Shown: piece by piece, positions 10,022 to 18,777 of the stretch
How positions within the stretch are numbered: the first letter of the stretch is position 1
Layout of the letters: each line of letters starts with the position of its first letter
Assembly (NCBI GenBank): GCA_036881805.1
Contig: JBAJNK010000092.1
Location: 1 to 44,493, forward strand
Direction of reading: 5' to 3'
From: Flavobacteriales bacterium
Lineage (GTDB): Bacteria > Bacteroidota > Bacteroidia > Flavobacteriales > JANQLC01
Length of the DNA: 44,493 nt
The notes under the pieces: generated by a model
Databases searched by the model: none
What the model saw: only the letters and a program-made list of their open reading frames with translations
What the model was told of the DNA's origin: nothing
Position numbers and translations under genes: made by a program

Positions 10022-11250
10022 ACCCGCGTTTTTTAATAGCGACCCTGATCTTTATCTCGATCGACATCTATGCCTTTCAGTCGGTGCGGGCGGTGAGCCA
10101 TCGGCATGGGCCTTACTGGCTCTACTGGGGTGCTACAGCGTTTTTTTACGCCACTGCTCTTTACGTCTTCCTCGCATTCGACAGGGCACAGGAAAATGGG
10201 ATCATCCAGCTGGCCGTGGCGCTTTTCGCCTTGCTTTACATTCCGAAAATCATCCTGACAATCGGCCTGCTGATCCAAGATATATCACGCCTTTTCATAA
10301 GCGTCTACCACAGCGTGACCACGCATGGCGCCACCGATTTTTTCCCATCCCGCAGGCGGTTTATCAATCGGATCTTCATCGGCCTCGCAGCCGTTCCGTT
10401 TGTCGCTGTGATCCACGGGATCATATGGGGAAAATACCACTACCGCGTGGTCAAAAAAACCTTGCACTTCGACGATTTGCCCGAAGCCTTCGACGGCCTG
10501 ACCATCACCCAAATATCCGACATACACAGCGGTAGTTTCACCGACAGAGAAAAAGTGGAACAGGCTGTAAATAAGGTTAACCAGCAAGGCTCCGACCTCA
10601 TTTTTTTTACCGGAGACCTAGTGAACAACCGCGCGGTAGAAATGCTGCCATGGATACATACGTTTAAAAAGCTGCGTGCACCACTCGGGATTTACGCCAC
10701 GCTGGGCAACCACGACTACGGCGACTACATAGGCTGGCCCAGCCCCGAATCCAAAGCGAAAAACGGGAAACTGCTTCGCGACATACACGCGCAGTTGGGC
10801 TTTGATTTGCTCGACAATGAAAGCCGCCAAATTGAAAGGAGCGGTCAAAAGATAAACGTTATCGGCGTGCAAAACTGGGGAGAGAAGCCCTTTCCACAAC
10901 TCGGCGATTTGGACAAGGCCACCCAAGGCATAGCAGCAGGTGAATTCAACCTACTGCTCTCCCATGACCCCACACACTTTGACCGAAAGGTAAAATCATT
11001 TTCCAAAAAGATTCACCTCACCTTTTCCGGGCATACGCACGGCATGCAGTTTGGCATAGAAATTCCCAGTTGGGGAATCAAATGGAGTCCGATTCAATAC
11101 CGCTATCCCAAATGGGCGGGACTGTATGAAGCAGGCGGTAGGTATCTCTACGTCAACCGGGGGTTCGGTTACCTAGCCTTCCCAGGACGTGTAGGCGAAT
11201 GGCCAGAGATCACGGTAATCGAATTGAAAAAGAGCCGCGGGTCAGCTTAA
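10018..11250 (+). CDS. Membrane-anchored metallophosphoesterase (YkuE/YaeI-like)
   Basis: N-terminal TM helices; SDIH, TGD, GNHD, LSH and GHTHG motifs; ATGA overlap with fabH. Confidence 0.93.
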   Translation: MNPRFLIATLIFISIDIYAFQSVRAVSHRHGPYWLYWGATAFFYATALYVFLAFDRAQENGIIQLAVALFALLYIPKIILTIGLLIQDISRLFISVYHSVTTHGATDFFPSRRRFINRIFIGLAAVPFVAVIHGIIWGKYHYRVVKKTLHFDDLPEAFDGLTITQISDIHSGSFTDREKVEQAVNKVNQQGSDLIFFTGDLVNNRAVEMLPWIHTFKKLRAPLGIYATLGNHDYGDYIGWPSPESKAKNGKLLRDIHAQLGFDLLDNESRQIERSGQKINVIGVQNWGEKPFPQLGDLDKATQGIAAGEFNLLLSHDPTHFDRKVKSFSKKIHLTFSGHTHGMQFGIEIPSWGIKWSPIQYRYPKWAGLYEAGGRYLYVNRGFGYLAFPGRVGEWPEITVIELKKSRGSA

Positions 11251-12180
11251 GTGCTCGAGCATATCCGCTGCGATATCCGATAACTCATAGCGGTGTTTCC
11301 AACCCCAGTCCACTCGCGCAGTGGTATCGTCAATGCTCGAAGGCCAAGTGCGCGCAATCCCATCTCGAAAGTCGGGTTTGTAACGCAATGCAAAGTCGGG
11401 CAATCGTTTTTTAATCTCTGCAGCGATATGCGCCGGGCTGAAGCTCAAGCCGCCCAAGTTATAGGAATCGCGCACGGTAATCGCTTGCGAAGGTGCCTCC
11501 ATCAACGCGATGGTAGCCGCAATGGCATCCGGCATATAGAGCATGGGCAAGGCGACATCCCCGCCGATAAAGCAGTCGTAGCGGTTGTTTTCAATAGCTC
11601 GGTGAAAGATTTCGATCGCGTAGTCCGTAGTGCCTCCGCCAGGTGGGACTCTCCAGCTTATAATACCCGGATAGCGCAGGCTGCGCACGTCCACATGAAA
11701 CCGGTCGAAGTAATATGCGCACCAACGTTCTCCCGCCAATTTGCTGATCCCGTAAACGGTAGTCGGATCTGTAACGCTGTGTTGTGGGACCCTGATCCGG
11801 GGGGTGTGGGGGCCGAAAACCGCTATGGAGCTCGGCCAAAAAATCTGTGCAACGCTTTGGGCTTTACCCAGATTCAACACGTTTAAAAGGGCGGTCACAT
11901 TCAAATCCCAGGCCTTTTCAGGCAGCTGCTCAGACCTAGCCGAAAGCAGAGCCGCCATATGGTAAATGACAGAAACCCCATAATCGGCGACCAGAAGCGA
12001 CATGCGATCGGCATCCATCACATCTAAGCGTTCAAAGATTACATTTTCTGAAAACCCAGGGTTTTCCAGGTGGCAAATGTCCGTGGCGAGTATTCTCGAA
12101 TCTGGAAACCTACGGCTCAAAGCGGTGGTGAGTTCCGAACCGATTTGCCCTGCAGCGCCTGTAATCAATAGGGTACGCAT
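11242..12180 (-). CDS. ltd: L-threonine 3-dehydrogenase (SDR, epimerase-like type)
   Basis: GAAGQIG Rossmann motif, YGISK, and the SLRYPGIIS...GGGTTDYA signature of SDR-type threonine dehydrogenase. Confidence 0.88.
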   Translation of the reverse strand: MRTLLITGAAGQIGSELTTALSRRFPDSRILATDICHLENPGFSENVIFERLDVMDADRMSLLVADYGVSVIYHMAALLSARSEQLPEKAWDLNVTALLNVLNLGKAQSVAQIFWPSSIAVFGPHTPRIRVPQHSVTDPTTVYGISKLAGERWCAYYFDRFHVDVRSLRYPGIISWRVPPGGGTTDYAIEIFHRAIENNRYDCFIGGDVALPMLYMPDAIAATIALMEAPSQAITVRDSYNLGGLSFSPAHIAAEIKKRLPDFALRYKPDFRDGIARTWPSSIDDTTARVDWGWKHRYELSDIAADMLEHLS

Positions 12181-12206
12181 GCTTTTTTCATTCCGCTTTG
12201 CACGTG

Positions 12207-12248
12207 CAAATATAATTCAAATGATCTGATCTAGAATTCATAGATTTG
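12207..12248. promoter_or_regulatory. Back-to-back -7 promoter boxes for ltd (-) and korB (+)
   Basis: TATATTTG on the minus strand at 12207-12214; TAGATTTG on the plus strand at 12241-12248. Confidence 0.6.
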
Positions 12249-12261
12249 ATTTCTGAAAGGA

Positions 12262-13281
12262 ATGCGCTCCATGAGTCAGACTACCCCTTTAACCGCTAAG
12301 GATTTTGCCTCGGATCAAACCGTAAAGTGGTGTCCGGGCTGCGGGGATTACGCCGTTTTGAAGCAAGTGCAATCCGTCTTGTCCACGCTGGGTTTAAAGC
12401 GCGAAGAAATCGTATTCGTATCGGGTATCGGCTGCTCGTCGCGCTTCCCCTACTACATGAACACCTACGGCATGCACAGCATTCACGGACGCGCGCCGGC
12501 GGTGGCCACCGGTTTAAAAACCACGCGTCCGGAGCTCAGCGTTTGGGTCGTTACAGGAGACGGTGATGGGCTCTCCATCGGTGGCAATCATTTGATTCAC
12601 CTCTTCCGCCGGAATCCGGATGTGAATGTGCTGCTCTTTAACAACGAGATCTACGGATTGACCAAAGGGCAATTTTCACCGACTTCCAAACCCGGACTAC
12701 ACACCCAATCGTCGCCTTTGGGTTCGATCGGCAAGCCCTTTAATGCGGCGAGTCTCGCACTGGGGGCAGGGGCTACCTTCGTTGCGCGCACCCTCGATCG
12801 CAACCCGCAACACCTGCGCGAGGTATTGCGACAAGCGCATCGACACAAGGGGACTTCGTTTATCGAAATCTATCAGAACTGTCCCGTGTTTAACGACGGT
12901 GCTTTTGAAAAATTCACCGACAAGCGCACCCGAGCGGTACGCGCGCTTTACGCAGAAGCGGGCAAACCCTTGCGATTCGGTGAGCAATCCGAACTCGGGA
13001 TCCGATTGGACGGGCTGAAACCCAAAGTCGTCTCAGCCACTCGCTGCGCAGCCGACGAACTGTGGATACACGACAGCCGGGACAAGGTGAAAGCGCAGCT
13101 CCTGGCAGCATATTTCGAGGTCGAAAAAGACCGCCCACAAGTCTTTGGGGTACTGTATCGGGAAGAACGGCCCACCTATGAAGAACTGCTACAGGCGCAA
13201 ATGCGGGAAGCGATCGCGCGAAAGGGAGCGGGAAATCTGGACGACTTGCTGCTCGGAACGGATTTCTGGGCGGTTACTTAG
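12262..13281 (+). CDS. korB: 2-oxoacid:ferredoxin oxidoreductase beta subunit
   Basis: WCPGCGD, SGIGCSSR, HSIHGR, TPP-binding GDGD...NN..YGLTKGQ.SPT and QNCPVFN motifs. Confidence 0.95.
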   Translation: MRSMSQTTPLTAKDFASDQTVKWCPGCGDYAVLKQVQSVLSTLGLKREEIVFVSGIGCSSRFPYYMNTYGMHSIHGRAPAVATGLKTTRPELSVWVVTGDGDGLSIGGNHLIHLFRRNPDVNVLLFNNEIYGLTKGQFSPTSKPGLHTQSSPLGSIGKPFNAASLALGAGATFVARTLDRNPQHLREVLRQAHRHKGTSFIEIYQNCPVFNDGAFEKFTDKRTRAVRALYAEAGKPLRFGEQSELGIRLDGLKPKVVSATRCAADELWIHDSRDKVKAQLLAAYFEVEKDRPQVFGVLYREERPTYEELLQAQMREAIARKGAGNLDDLLLGTDFWAVT

Positions 13282-13455
13282 CCGGTAAAAGGCGGATTAA
13301 AAACTGAACCGTATTTGGCTTTTCAGAGCCGCCTGCGATAAAATCCTTGCCGTTGTGCGCCCAATTGATAACTTTGTACAGTGCTTGACAAGCGCTCCAC
13401 CTGAGCGAAAAAAGGCAGAAAAATGCCATATGGTGGCGAGGCGCTAACGCTATTT

Positions 13456-13676
13456 AAAATGGAATGCGGGCAACATACCATATCATCGCACCGGTGGAGA
13501 CCATTATCGTGTTATACAAAGATGAATGGAAGCGAAAGCACCGGGGTAAAAATGATATAACCGGAGACGAGTTTAAGGACTGGGTCGGCGGCAGGTGGCG
13601 TTTCAATGGGGAAAATGGTAATCATCCCGAACATCGGTCTCTATTTCAACCTTCCCCGATTTATTCAGCGGTTTAA
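13456..13676 (+). pseudogene. Fragment of an N4/N6 site-specific DNA methyltransferase
   Basis: KWNAGNIPY, then a frameshift, then IIAPVETIIVLYK.EWK...DIT.DEF.DW..G.WRFNGE...HP. This matches the middle of beta-class MTases (WNEGNI...APYVIAPVE.I..LYK..W...DIT..EF..W..G.W.F.GE...HPAPF). Confidence 0.7.
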
Positions 13677-13786
13677 TTCCCTATTTTTACACCACAGTCC
13701 GCTGATCACGCCGGGTGGCATACGCGGGGTGAATCCGCTCCATGCGGCGTGCTTATTTCCGTAAATTTGGCCCAATTTCCCACACA

Positions 13787-15484
13787 GTGACCCATCCGAA
13801 AAGACGTATGGTAACCGCAGCCCTGCCCTATGCCAATGGGCCGATCCACATCGGACACTTGGCCGGTGTATACATACCGGCAGACATTTACGTCCGGTAT
13901 TGGCGCAACAAGAAAAGGGACGTGGTGTTCATCTGCGGTTCGGATGAACACGGGGTAGCCATCACCATAAAGGCTAAAAAGGCGGGTAAGGCGCCCCAGG
14001 AAATCGTGGATACCTACCACGCGAGCATCAAAAAGTCCTTCGCAGATTTCGGTATCTCTTTCGACCATTATTCCCGCACTTCTGCATCCATCCACCGCCA
14101 AACCGCATCGGATTTCTTCTCGAATCTATATGAGAAAGGCGTCTTTACACTACAAACTTGCGAACAATACTTCGATGAGGTGGCACAGCAATTTCTGGCC
14201 GACCGCTACATCGTGGGTACTTGTCCCCATTGTGGCTTTGCCCATGCGTATGGAGATCAATGCGAAAATTGTGGCTGCTCGCTCAGCCCGGAAGAATTGA
14301 TCAATCCGCGCTCAGCGCTCAGCGGCGCCACACCAATACGCAAAACGACCCAGCATTATTACCTGCCCTTAGACCGCTACGCGAACTGGCTGCGAAAATG
14401 GGCTTTGGAAGAACACGACCACTGGAAGACCCATGTGTATGGACAAGTAAAATCCTGGTTGGATACCGGACTAAAACCCCGTGCCGTCACCCGCGATTTG
14501 GATTGGGGCATTCCCGTCCCCTTGCCCGACGTGAAAAACAAGGTGCTATACGTCTGGTTTGAGGCCCCGATTGGCTACATCTCTGCCACCCGAGAATGGG
14601 CTCAAAAAACGGGAAAAGACTGGACGTCTTACTGGTGCGATACAGATACCGAGTTAACCCACTTTTTGGCGAAGGACAACATCGTCTTTCACTGCATCGT
14701 CTTTCCGAGCATGCTCAAGGCGCATGGCGATTTCATCTTGCCAACCCAGGTGCCGGCCAATGAATTTTTAACCCTGGAAAACCAAAAGATATCGACCTCG
14801 AAGGACTGGGCGGTCTGGCTACCGGACTACCTGCACGACTTTCCAGAACAGTCAGATGTATTGCGCTATGTGCTCACGGCCAATATGCCCGAAACCAAGG
14901 ACAACAATTTTAGCTGGAAGGATTTCCAAACCAAAAACAACGCCGAACTGGTGGGCATTTTGGGGAATTTCATCAACCGGGTCATCGCACTCACGCACCG
15001 GTATTATGGAGGTATTGCGCCTGGGGTCACAGGCCGATTTAGCGAACTCGATCGTTTGAAATTGCTCCCAAAAGAAATCGGGGGATTTATCGAACGCTTT
15101 GAATTTCGAAATGCGCTGCGGTCATTTCTGGAACTGCCGCGCATGGGAAACGCATTCTTACAGGAACAAGCGCCCTGGAAAAAGATAAAAACACAGCCCA
15201 AAGCGGTTGAAAATAGCATTCATGTAGCCCTGCAAATCGCAGCGGGAATCGCCTATTTGAGCGAGCCCTTCTTACCCCATACAGCTGAGAAACTAAAAGA
15301 TATACTCCATTTGCGGGCGCTGAGCTGGGATGAAGTAGCTGCGGCCGACTTGATCCCCAAAGGGCATCCAATCGACAAATCACAGCTGCTCTTTCGGAAA
15401 ATAACCGACGGGGAAATCGACGCACAAATGGAAAAGCTGGCGCAAGCCAAGCGGAAAAATATTAATCCCATGAGGGGGGAATAG
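13787..15484 (+). CDS. metG: Methionyl-tRNA synthetase lacking the C-terminal tRNA-binding domain
   Basis: ALPYANG.IHIGH, CGSDEHG, Zn knuckle CPHC/CENC, RDLDWG, KISTS. GTG 13787 chosen as start because TAAATTTG lies at 13762-13769. Confidence 0.97.
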   Translation: MTHPKRRMVTAALPYANGPIHIGHLAGVYIPADIYVRYWRNKKRDVVFICGSDEHGVAITIKAKKAGKAPQEIVDTYHASIKKSFADFGISFDHYSRTSASIHRQTASDFFSNLYEKGVFTLQTCEQYFDEVAQQFLADRYIVGTCPHCGFAHAYGDQCENCGCSLSPEELINPRSALSGATPIRKTTQHYYLPLDRYANWLRKWALEEHDHWKTHVYGQVKSWLDTGLKPRAVTRDLDWGIPVPLPDVKNKVLYVWFEAPIGYISATREWAQKTGKDWTSYWCDTDTELTHFLAKDNIVFHCIVFPSMLKAHGDFILPTQVPANEFLTLENQKISTSKDWAVWLPDYLHDFPEQSDVLRYVLTANMPETKDNNFSWKDFQTKNNAELVGILGNFINRVIALTHRYYGGIAPGVTGRFSELDRLKLLPKEIGGFIERFEFRNALRSFLELPRMGNAFLQEQAPWKKIKTQPKAVENSIHVALQIAAGIAYLSEPFLPHTAEKLKDILHLRALSWDEVAAADLIPKGHPIDKSQLLFRKITDGEIDAQMEKLAQAKRKNINPMRGE

Positions 15485-15546
15485 CCCGACAGCCGGCACC
15501 TGTAACCCCACAGCTGCAATTCGCTTTGGCCAAACGCAACAGCGAT

Positions 15547-15837
15547 TTATAGGACTGTTCCGCTGGGGTGGGATAGCACCTGATAACGGAAGCAATCCGT
15601 CGTGTGGTCTTGCACCATACCCGTAGCCTGCATATGTGCGTAAACCACGGTTGGGCCGACAAACTTAAATCCCCGCTTTTTTAGAATCGCAAGCCAACTC
15701 AGCCCGGCCTGAAAGATCTCCAATATCAAAAACTCAAATTGACCCGCATCGTCTCGTACGGGAACACCCCACTCTTCATCGTGGTATGCCCTGTAAAGCG
15801 GATCCTTGCCAGCCCATTCACAGCACGCTTTTGCCAT
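15547..15837 (-). pseudogene. tag: DNA-3-methyladenine glycosylase I with an internal in-frame deletion
   Basis: The Tag N-terminus (YHDEEWGVP, LEIFQAGLSW..ILKKR) is fused directly to the C-terminus (GFKFVGPTVVYAHMQATGMV.DH..DC). 96 aa, roughly half the normal length. Confidence 0.88.
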
Positions 15838-16448
15838 TACACAACCGCACCCGATTGCAATACCTTTACCCCCTTGTCCAGTAAACCGGCAAGGGCTTTT
15901 TCACGGCTGTCCGCAGCGATGTATTGGGTTAAATCCGAGAGGTAATGGGTTTTAAAACCCAATCTGCTCGCATCCAGTGCTGTGTGGTACACGCAATAAT
16001 CTCCGGCCAAGCCACAGACGTATACTTCAGCTATGCCCAAGCCTTTCAAGTAATCGCTCAGTCCGGTCCGGCTCTTGTGATCATTATCGAAAAACCCGCT
16101 GTAGCTATCGACTTCAGGGCGCATACCCTTCCTGAAAATCGCATGGATTCGCTTTTGGTTTAGTTTGGTTGAAAAGCGTGCGCCAAAGCTGCCCTGAACG
16201 CAGTGATTTGGCCAGAGGACCTGCGTTTGCTCGCCCCAGGGGATGACATCAAAAGGTTTTTTGCCCGCGTGCTGAGTGGCAAAGCTCTTGTGATTATACG
16301 GATGCCAATCCTGAGTAGCTACTACGCGATCGAATCCCCGCATGATCCGGTTGATACCGCTGATGATTTTGTCGCCCTTGGCAACGGCAAGCGAACCGCC
16401 AGGTAAAAAATCATTCTGAATGTCCAAGACGATTAAGGCTTTTTTCAT
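15837..16448 (-). CDS. pncA: Nicotinamidase/pyrazinamidase
   Basis: DIQNDF.PGGSLAV, QDWHP..H, LWPNHCVQ, FRKG, DSYSGF and GLAGDYCV motifs. Confidence 0.96.
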   Translation of the reverse strand: MKKALIVLDIQNDFLPGGSLAVAKGDKIISGINRIMRGFDRVVATQDWHPYNHKSFATQHAGKKPFDVIPWGEQTQVLWPNHCVQGSFGARFSTKLNQKRIHAIFRKGMRPEVDSYSGFFDNDHKSRTGLSDYLKGLGIAEVYVCGLAGDYCVYHTALDASRLGFKTHYLSDLTQYIAADSREKALAGLLDKGVKVLQSGAVV

Positions 16449-16591
16449 ATCACAATAATGTGCCAGTTGTGTTTGGCAAATATTTTCCCCCTTTCAAAGC
16501 GCCTACCCATTTTATATTCACCCCATACCCGATATTTTCTATTGGGGGAATGCGCGGTATAACAGATGTTATTTGCGTTTTTATTCGGTTG

Positions 16592-16599
16592 CAAATGTA
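16592..16599 (-). promoter_or_regulatory. -7 promoter box (TACATTTG) for pncA-tag
   Basis: Exact TAnnTTTG about 145 nt upstream of the pncA ATG. Confidence 0.5.
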
Positions 16600-16719
16600 A
16601 GGATTTAATATCGTTTAACCCATTTTCAGCCCTGTTTTAAGTTTGAGCGTTCCGGCATTTTATTCCCACAGCGCATATGGATACCACAGGGTTAGGTGAA
16701 AATCCACTATATTTGCAAC

Positions 16720-17547
16720 GTGGCTAGCGCACGGTCAGCAGGAGCGAGACAGCGGCGATACGCCTGGGCAGTCGCCGTGGGCCTACACCTGGTTCTGTTA
16801 TTCCTCTTGGCTTTTGTCGGTTTCTCCAGCCATTCCCCTGCTGCACCACAGTCCATCAGCATCGCATTCGAGCAGGCCGAATCGGTCGAAAAACCCACCG
16901 AGAAAAAGAAAGCGGAAACACCCAAAGCGACTGAAATTGAAAACCCCACTGAGAAAAGGCGAGGGGAACCACCCAAAGCAATCGAGGCGGTAAAAACCCA
17001 TCGCGCCTCCAACCAGGGGATTAAAACCGTCGAACAATTGTTAGAAGGGGTAAAAGCGAAAGGCTTGCAAAGCAAACCGGCCAAAGCGAGGTCTGTCAAA
17101 GATGGACATGTAGCTGCGCCCGAGGCGAAAAACGGAAGCCCGAGCACCGGCAACCCAGTGGGGCGAACTGTGCAGGCGGATCCTGGAAAGGGCAAAACCG
17201 ATGCGGCGCACCCGGACGTGTACTCGGGGAAAAGCACGGTGTCCTACCTGTTGCCAAACCGAAGGGCGATCGGTATTCCCAATCCGGTGTACACCTGCAT
17301 CAGGGGGGGCACGGTAGTGGTCGACATCCGGGTAGACCGGGATGGAGCGGTTACCTACGCAGCCATCGACAAAAGCCGAAGCTACACCACCGACCGTTGC
17401 CTTTGGGATGCCGCATTGGCTTATGCCAAGCGATCGCAGTTTAACGCTGATCCCAAGGCGCGCAGTTCACAAGCTGGATTCATCACCTATCAGTTCCAGC
17501 CGAATGGGTCTTCTCCGCCTTCAATGCCGCCTGAGAAATCAGGGTAA
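16720..17547 (+). CDS. TonB-like energy transducer
   Basis: N-terminal TM with a His (GLHLVLL), charged/Pro-rich linker, and a C-terminal domain of Bacteroidota TonB type (IPNPVYTC..GG.VVVDIRVDRDG.V...C...AL.YA...F...Q.G.ITYQFQ). TATATTTG at 16708-16715 favours the GTG at 16720 over 16696. Confidence 0.82.
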   Translation: MASARSAGARQRRYAWAVAVGLHLVLLFLLAFVGFSSHSPAAPQSISIAFEQAESVEKPTEKKKAETPKATEIENPTEKRRGEPPKAIEAVKTHRASNQGIKTVEQLLEGVKAKGLQSKPAKARSVKDGHVAAPEAKNGSPSTGNPVGRTVQADPGKGKTDAAHPDVYSGKSTVSYLLPNRRAIGIPNPVYTCIRGGTVVVDIRVDRDGAVTYAAIDKSRSYTTDRCLWDAALAYAKRSQFNADPKARSSQAGFITYQFQPNGSSPPSMPPEKSG

Positions 17548-18076
17548 TCGAGTCAAAAAATCGACTGGCATTCCGCAAGTCAAATAAACGGTCACCCCGG
17601 GAGTAGACGACAGCCAAATACATTCGGTTATCTACAAAAAAAGCCTCGGCGCGCATCGTCAAACTAAGGGCGCCTGATTTCGCATAATATTCGGCTACCA
17701 CAGCTGGATAGGACAGTGAATCCACACTGTGAAATTTTTTGAACACCGCCGCAACCGCATCGGGCTTGTCAAAAATATAGTTGAGCGAAACGGCCATTTC
17801 AGCTATGCCCTGTATCAAAGCACTGGTGCGTACGTTTTTATCATCCAATTGGGCGGTATCGTTCACGCGGACTAAGAACAGATAATTCATCCGGTGGTCT
17901 CGATAATTCATCTGAACGGTTCGGGTTTTTCCCCTATCGAGATTTTTGTGCGTCTCGATGAACGGCTCAGCTGGAAACTGTATTTGATAGAGACTATCTC
18001 GTACCGTATACCAATGATCCTGGCTAAAGCCCAGGCGGGTACAAAGCGATAGGAGCAGAAACAAAAACGCTTTCAC
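17483..18076 (-). CDS. Hypothetical secreted protein
   Basis: 197 aa; signal peptide MKAFLFLLLSLCTRLGFSQ; follows tsaB on the same strand. Confidence 0.75.
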   Translation of the reverse strand: MKAFLFLLLSLCTRLGFSQDHWYTVRDSLYQIQFPAEPFIETHKNLDRGKTRTVQMNYRDHRMNYLFLVRVNDTAQLDDKNVRTSALIQGIAEMAVSLNYIFDKPDAVAAVFKKFHSVDSLSYPAVVAEYYAKSGALSLTMRAEAFFVDNRMYLAVVYSRGDRLFDLRNASRFFDSITLISQAALKAEKTHSAGTDR

Positions 18077-18089
18077 GATTTTAAAACGT

Positions 18090-18770
18090 TTAGACTGAAC
18101 ACTTGGGCGGAATGGCTATGAAATCCTTGAGGTAATAGGGTTCGAAGTAAGCGAGGTCTGCAAACGACGCATTTACAAACTCGTCATACGCCAGGGCGAC
18201 CATGTGCTTAGCGGAAGGATATGGGATGTCCAAAAAACGGGCGTTCGGCATTTGAATCACCTCGCTGGCCTTTGCCACACCATCCCCCAGAAAATAAAGG
18301 GGTTGGTGAAATTCAGAAAAGCTATCCGGCCTTAAGACGACCGCTTTTGTCTCTGTGCGGGCTGTGAAATCCAGGTCGTAAACCCGCGTGTACACCTCTG
18401 CCCGACGCGCATCCAACATGGGAATGATCAAAGCACGGGGATCGGATATATCCCGGGCAGCCCGTGCCAAAACCGTTAGCGTATGGATGGCGATGAGCGG
18501 CATGTCGAGCGCATAGCAAAGCCCTTTGGCAGCTGCCACGCCTATGCGCAAGCCCGTATAAGACCCCGGCCCCTTGCTGACCGCAACCGCCGATAAGTCG
18601 CACAAAGCCAAACCGTGCGCATCCACGAGTTCTTTGATAAAAACGTGTAGCCGCTCACCGTGGACATATCTTTCGCCTGCCCATTCCGCAGTCCCGATAA
18701 GCACGCCATCCTCGGCCAGGCTGACGGAGCAATTTCGGGTTGCGGTTTCCAAATGCAGGATTAGCGACAT
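18090..18770 (-). CDS. tsaB: tRNA threonylcarbamoyladenosine biosynthesis protein TsaB
   Basis: LETAT..CSV, AVSKGPGSYTGLRIG, PMLDARRAEVY and AYFEPYYLKDF motifs. Confidence 0.96.
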   Translation of the reverse strand: MSLILHLETATRNCSVSLAEDGVLIGTAEWAGERYVHGERLHVFIKELVDAHGLALCDLSAVAVSKGPGSYTGLRIGVAAAKGLCYALDMPLIAIHTLTVLARAARDISDPRALIIPMLDARRAEVYTRVYDLDFTARTETKAVVLRPDSFSEFHQPLYFLGDGVAKASEVIQMPNARFLDIPYPSAKHMVALAYDEFVNASFADLAYFEPYYLKDFIAIPPKCSV

Positions 18771-18777
18771 GTCCGTG

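Noticed and set aside
15669-15686. The tag deletion junction (CCCCGCTTTTTTAG) resembles the array core
   Set aside because: The sequence is fully explained by the reverse complement of Leu-Lys-Lys-Arg-Gly codons, so coincidence is likely.
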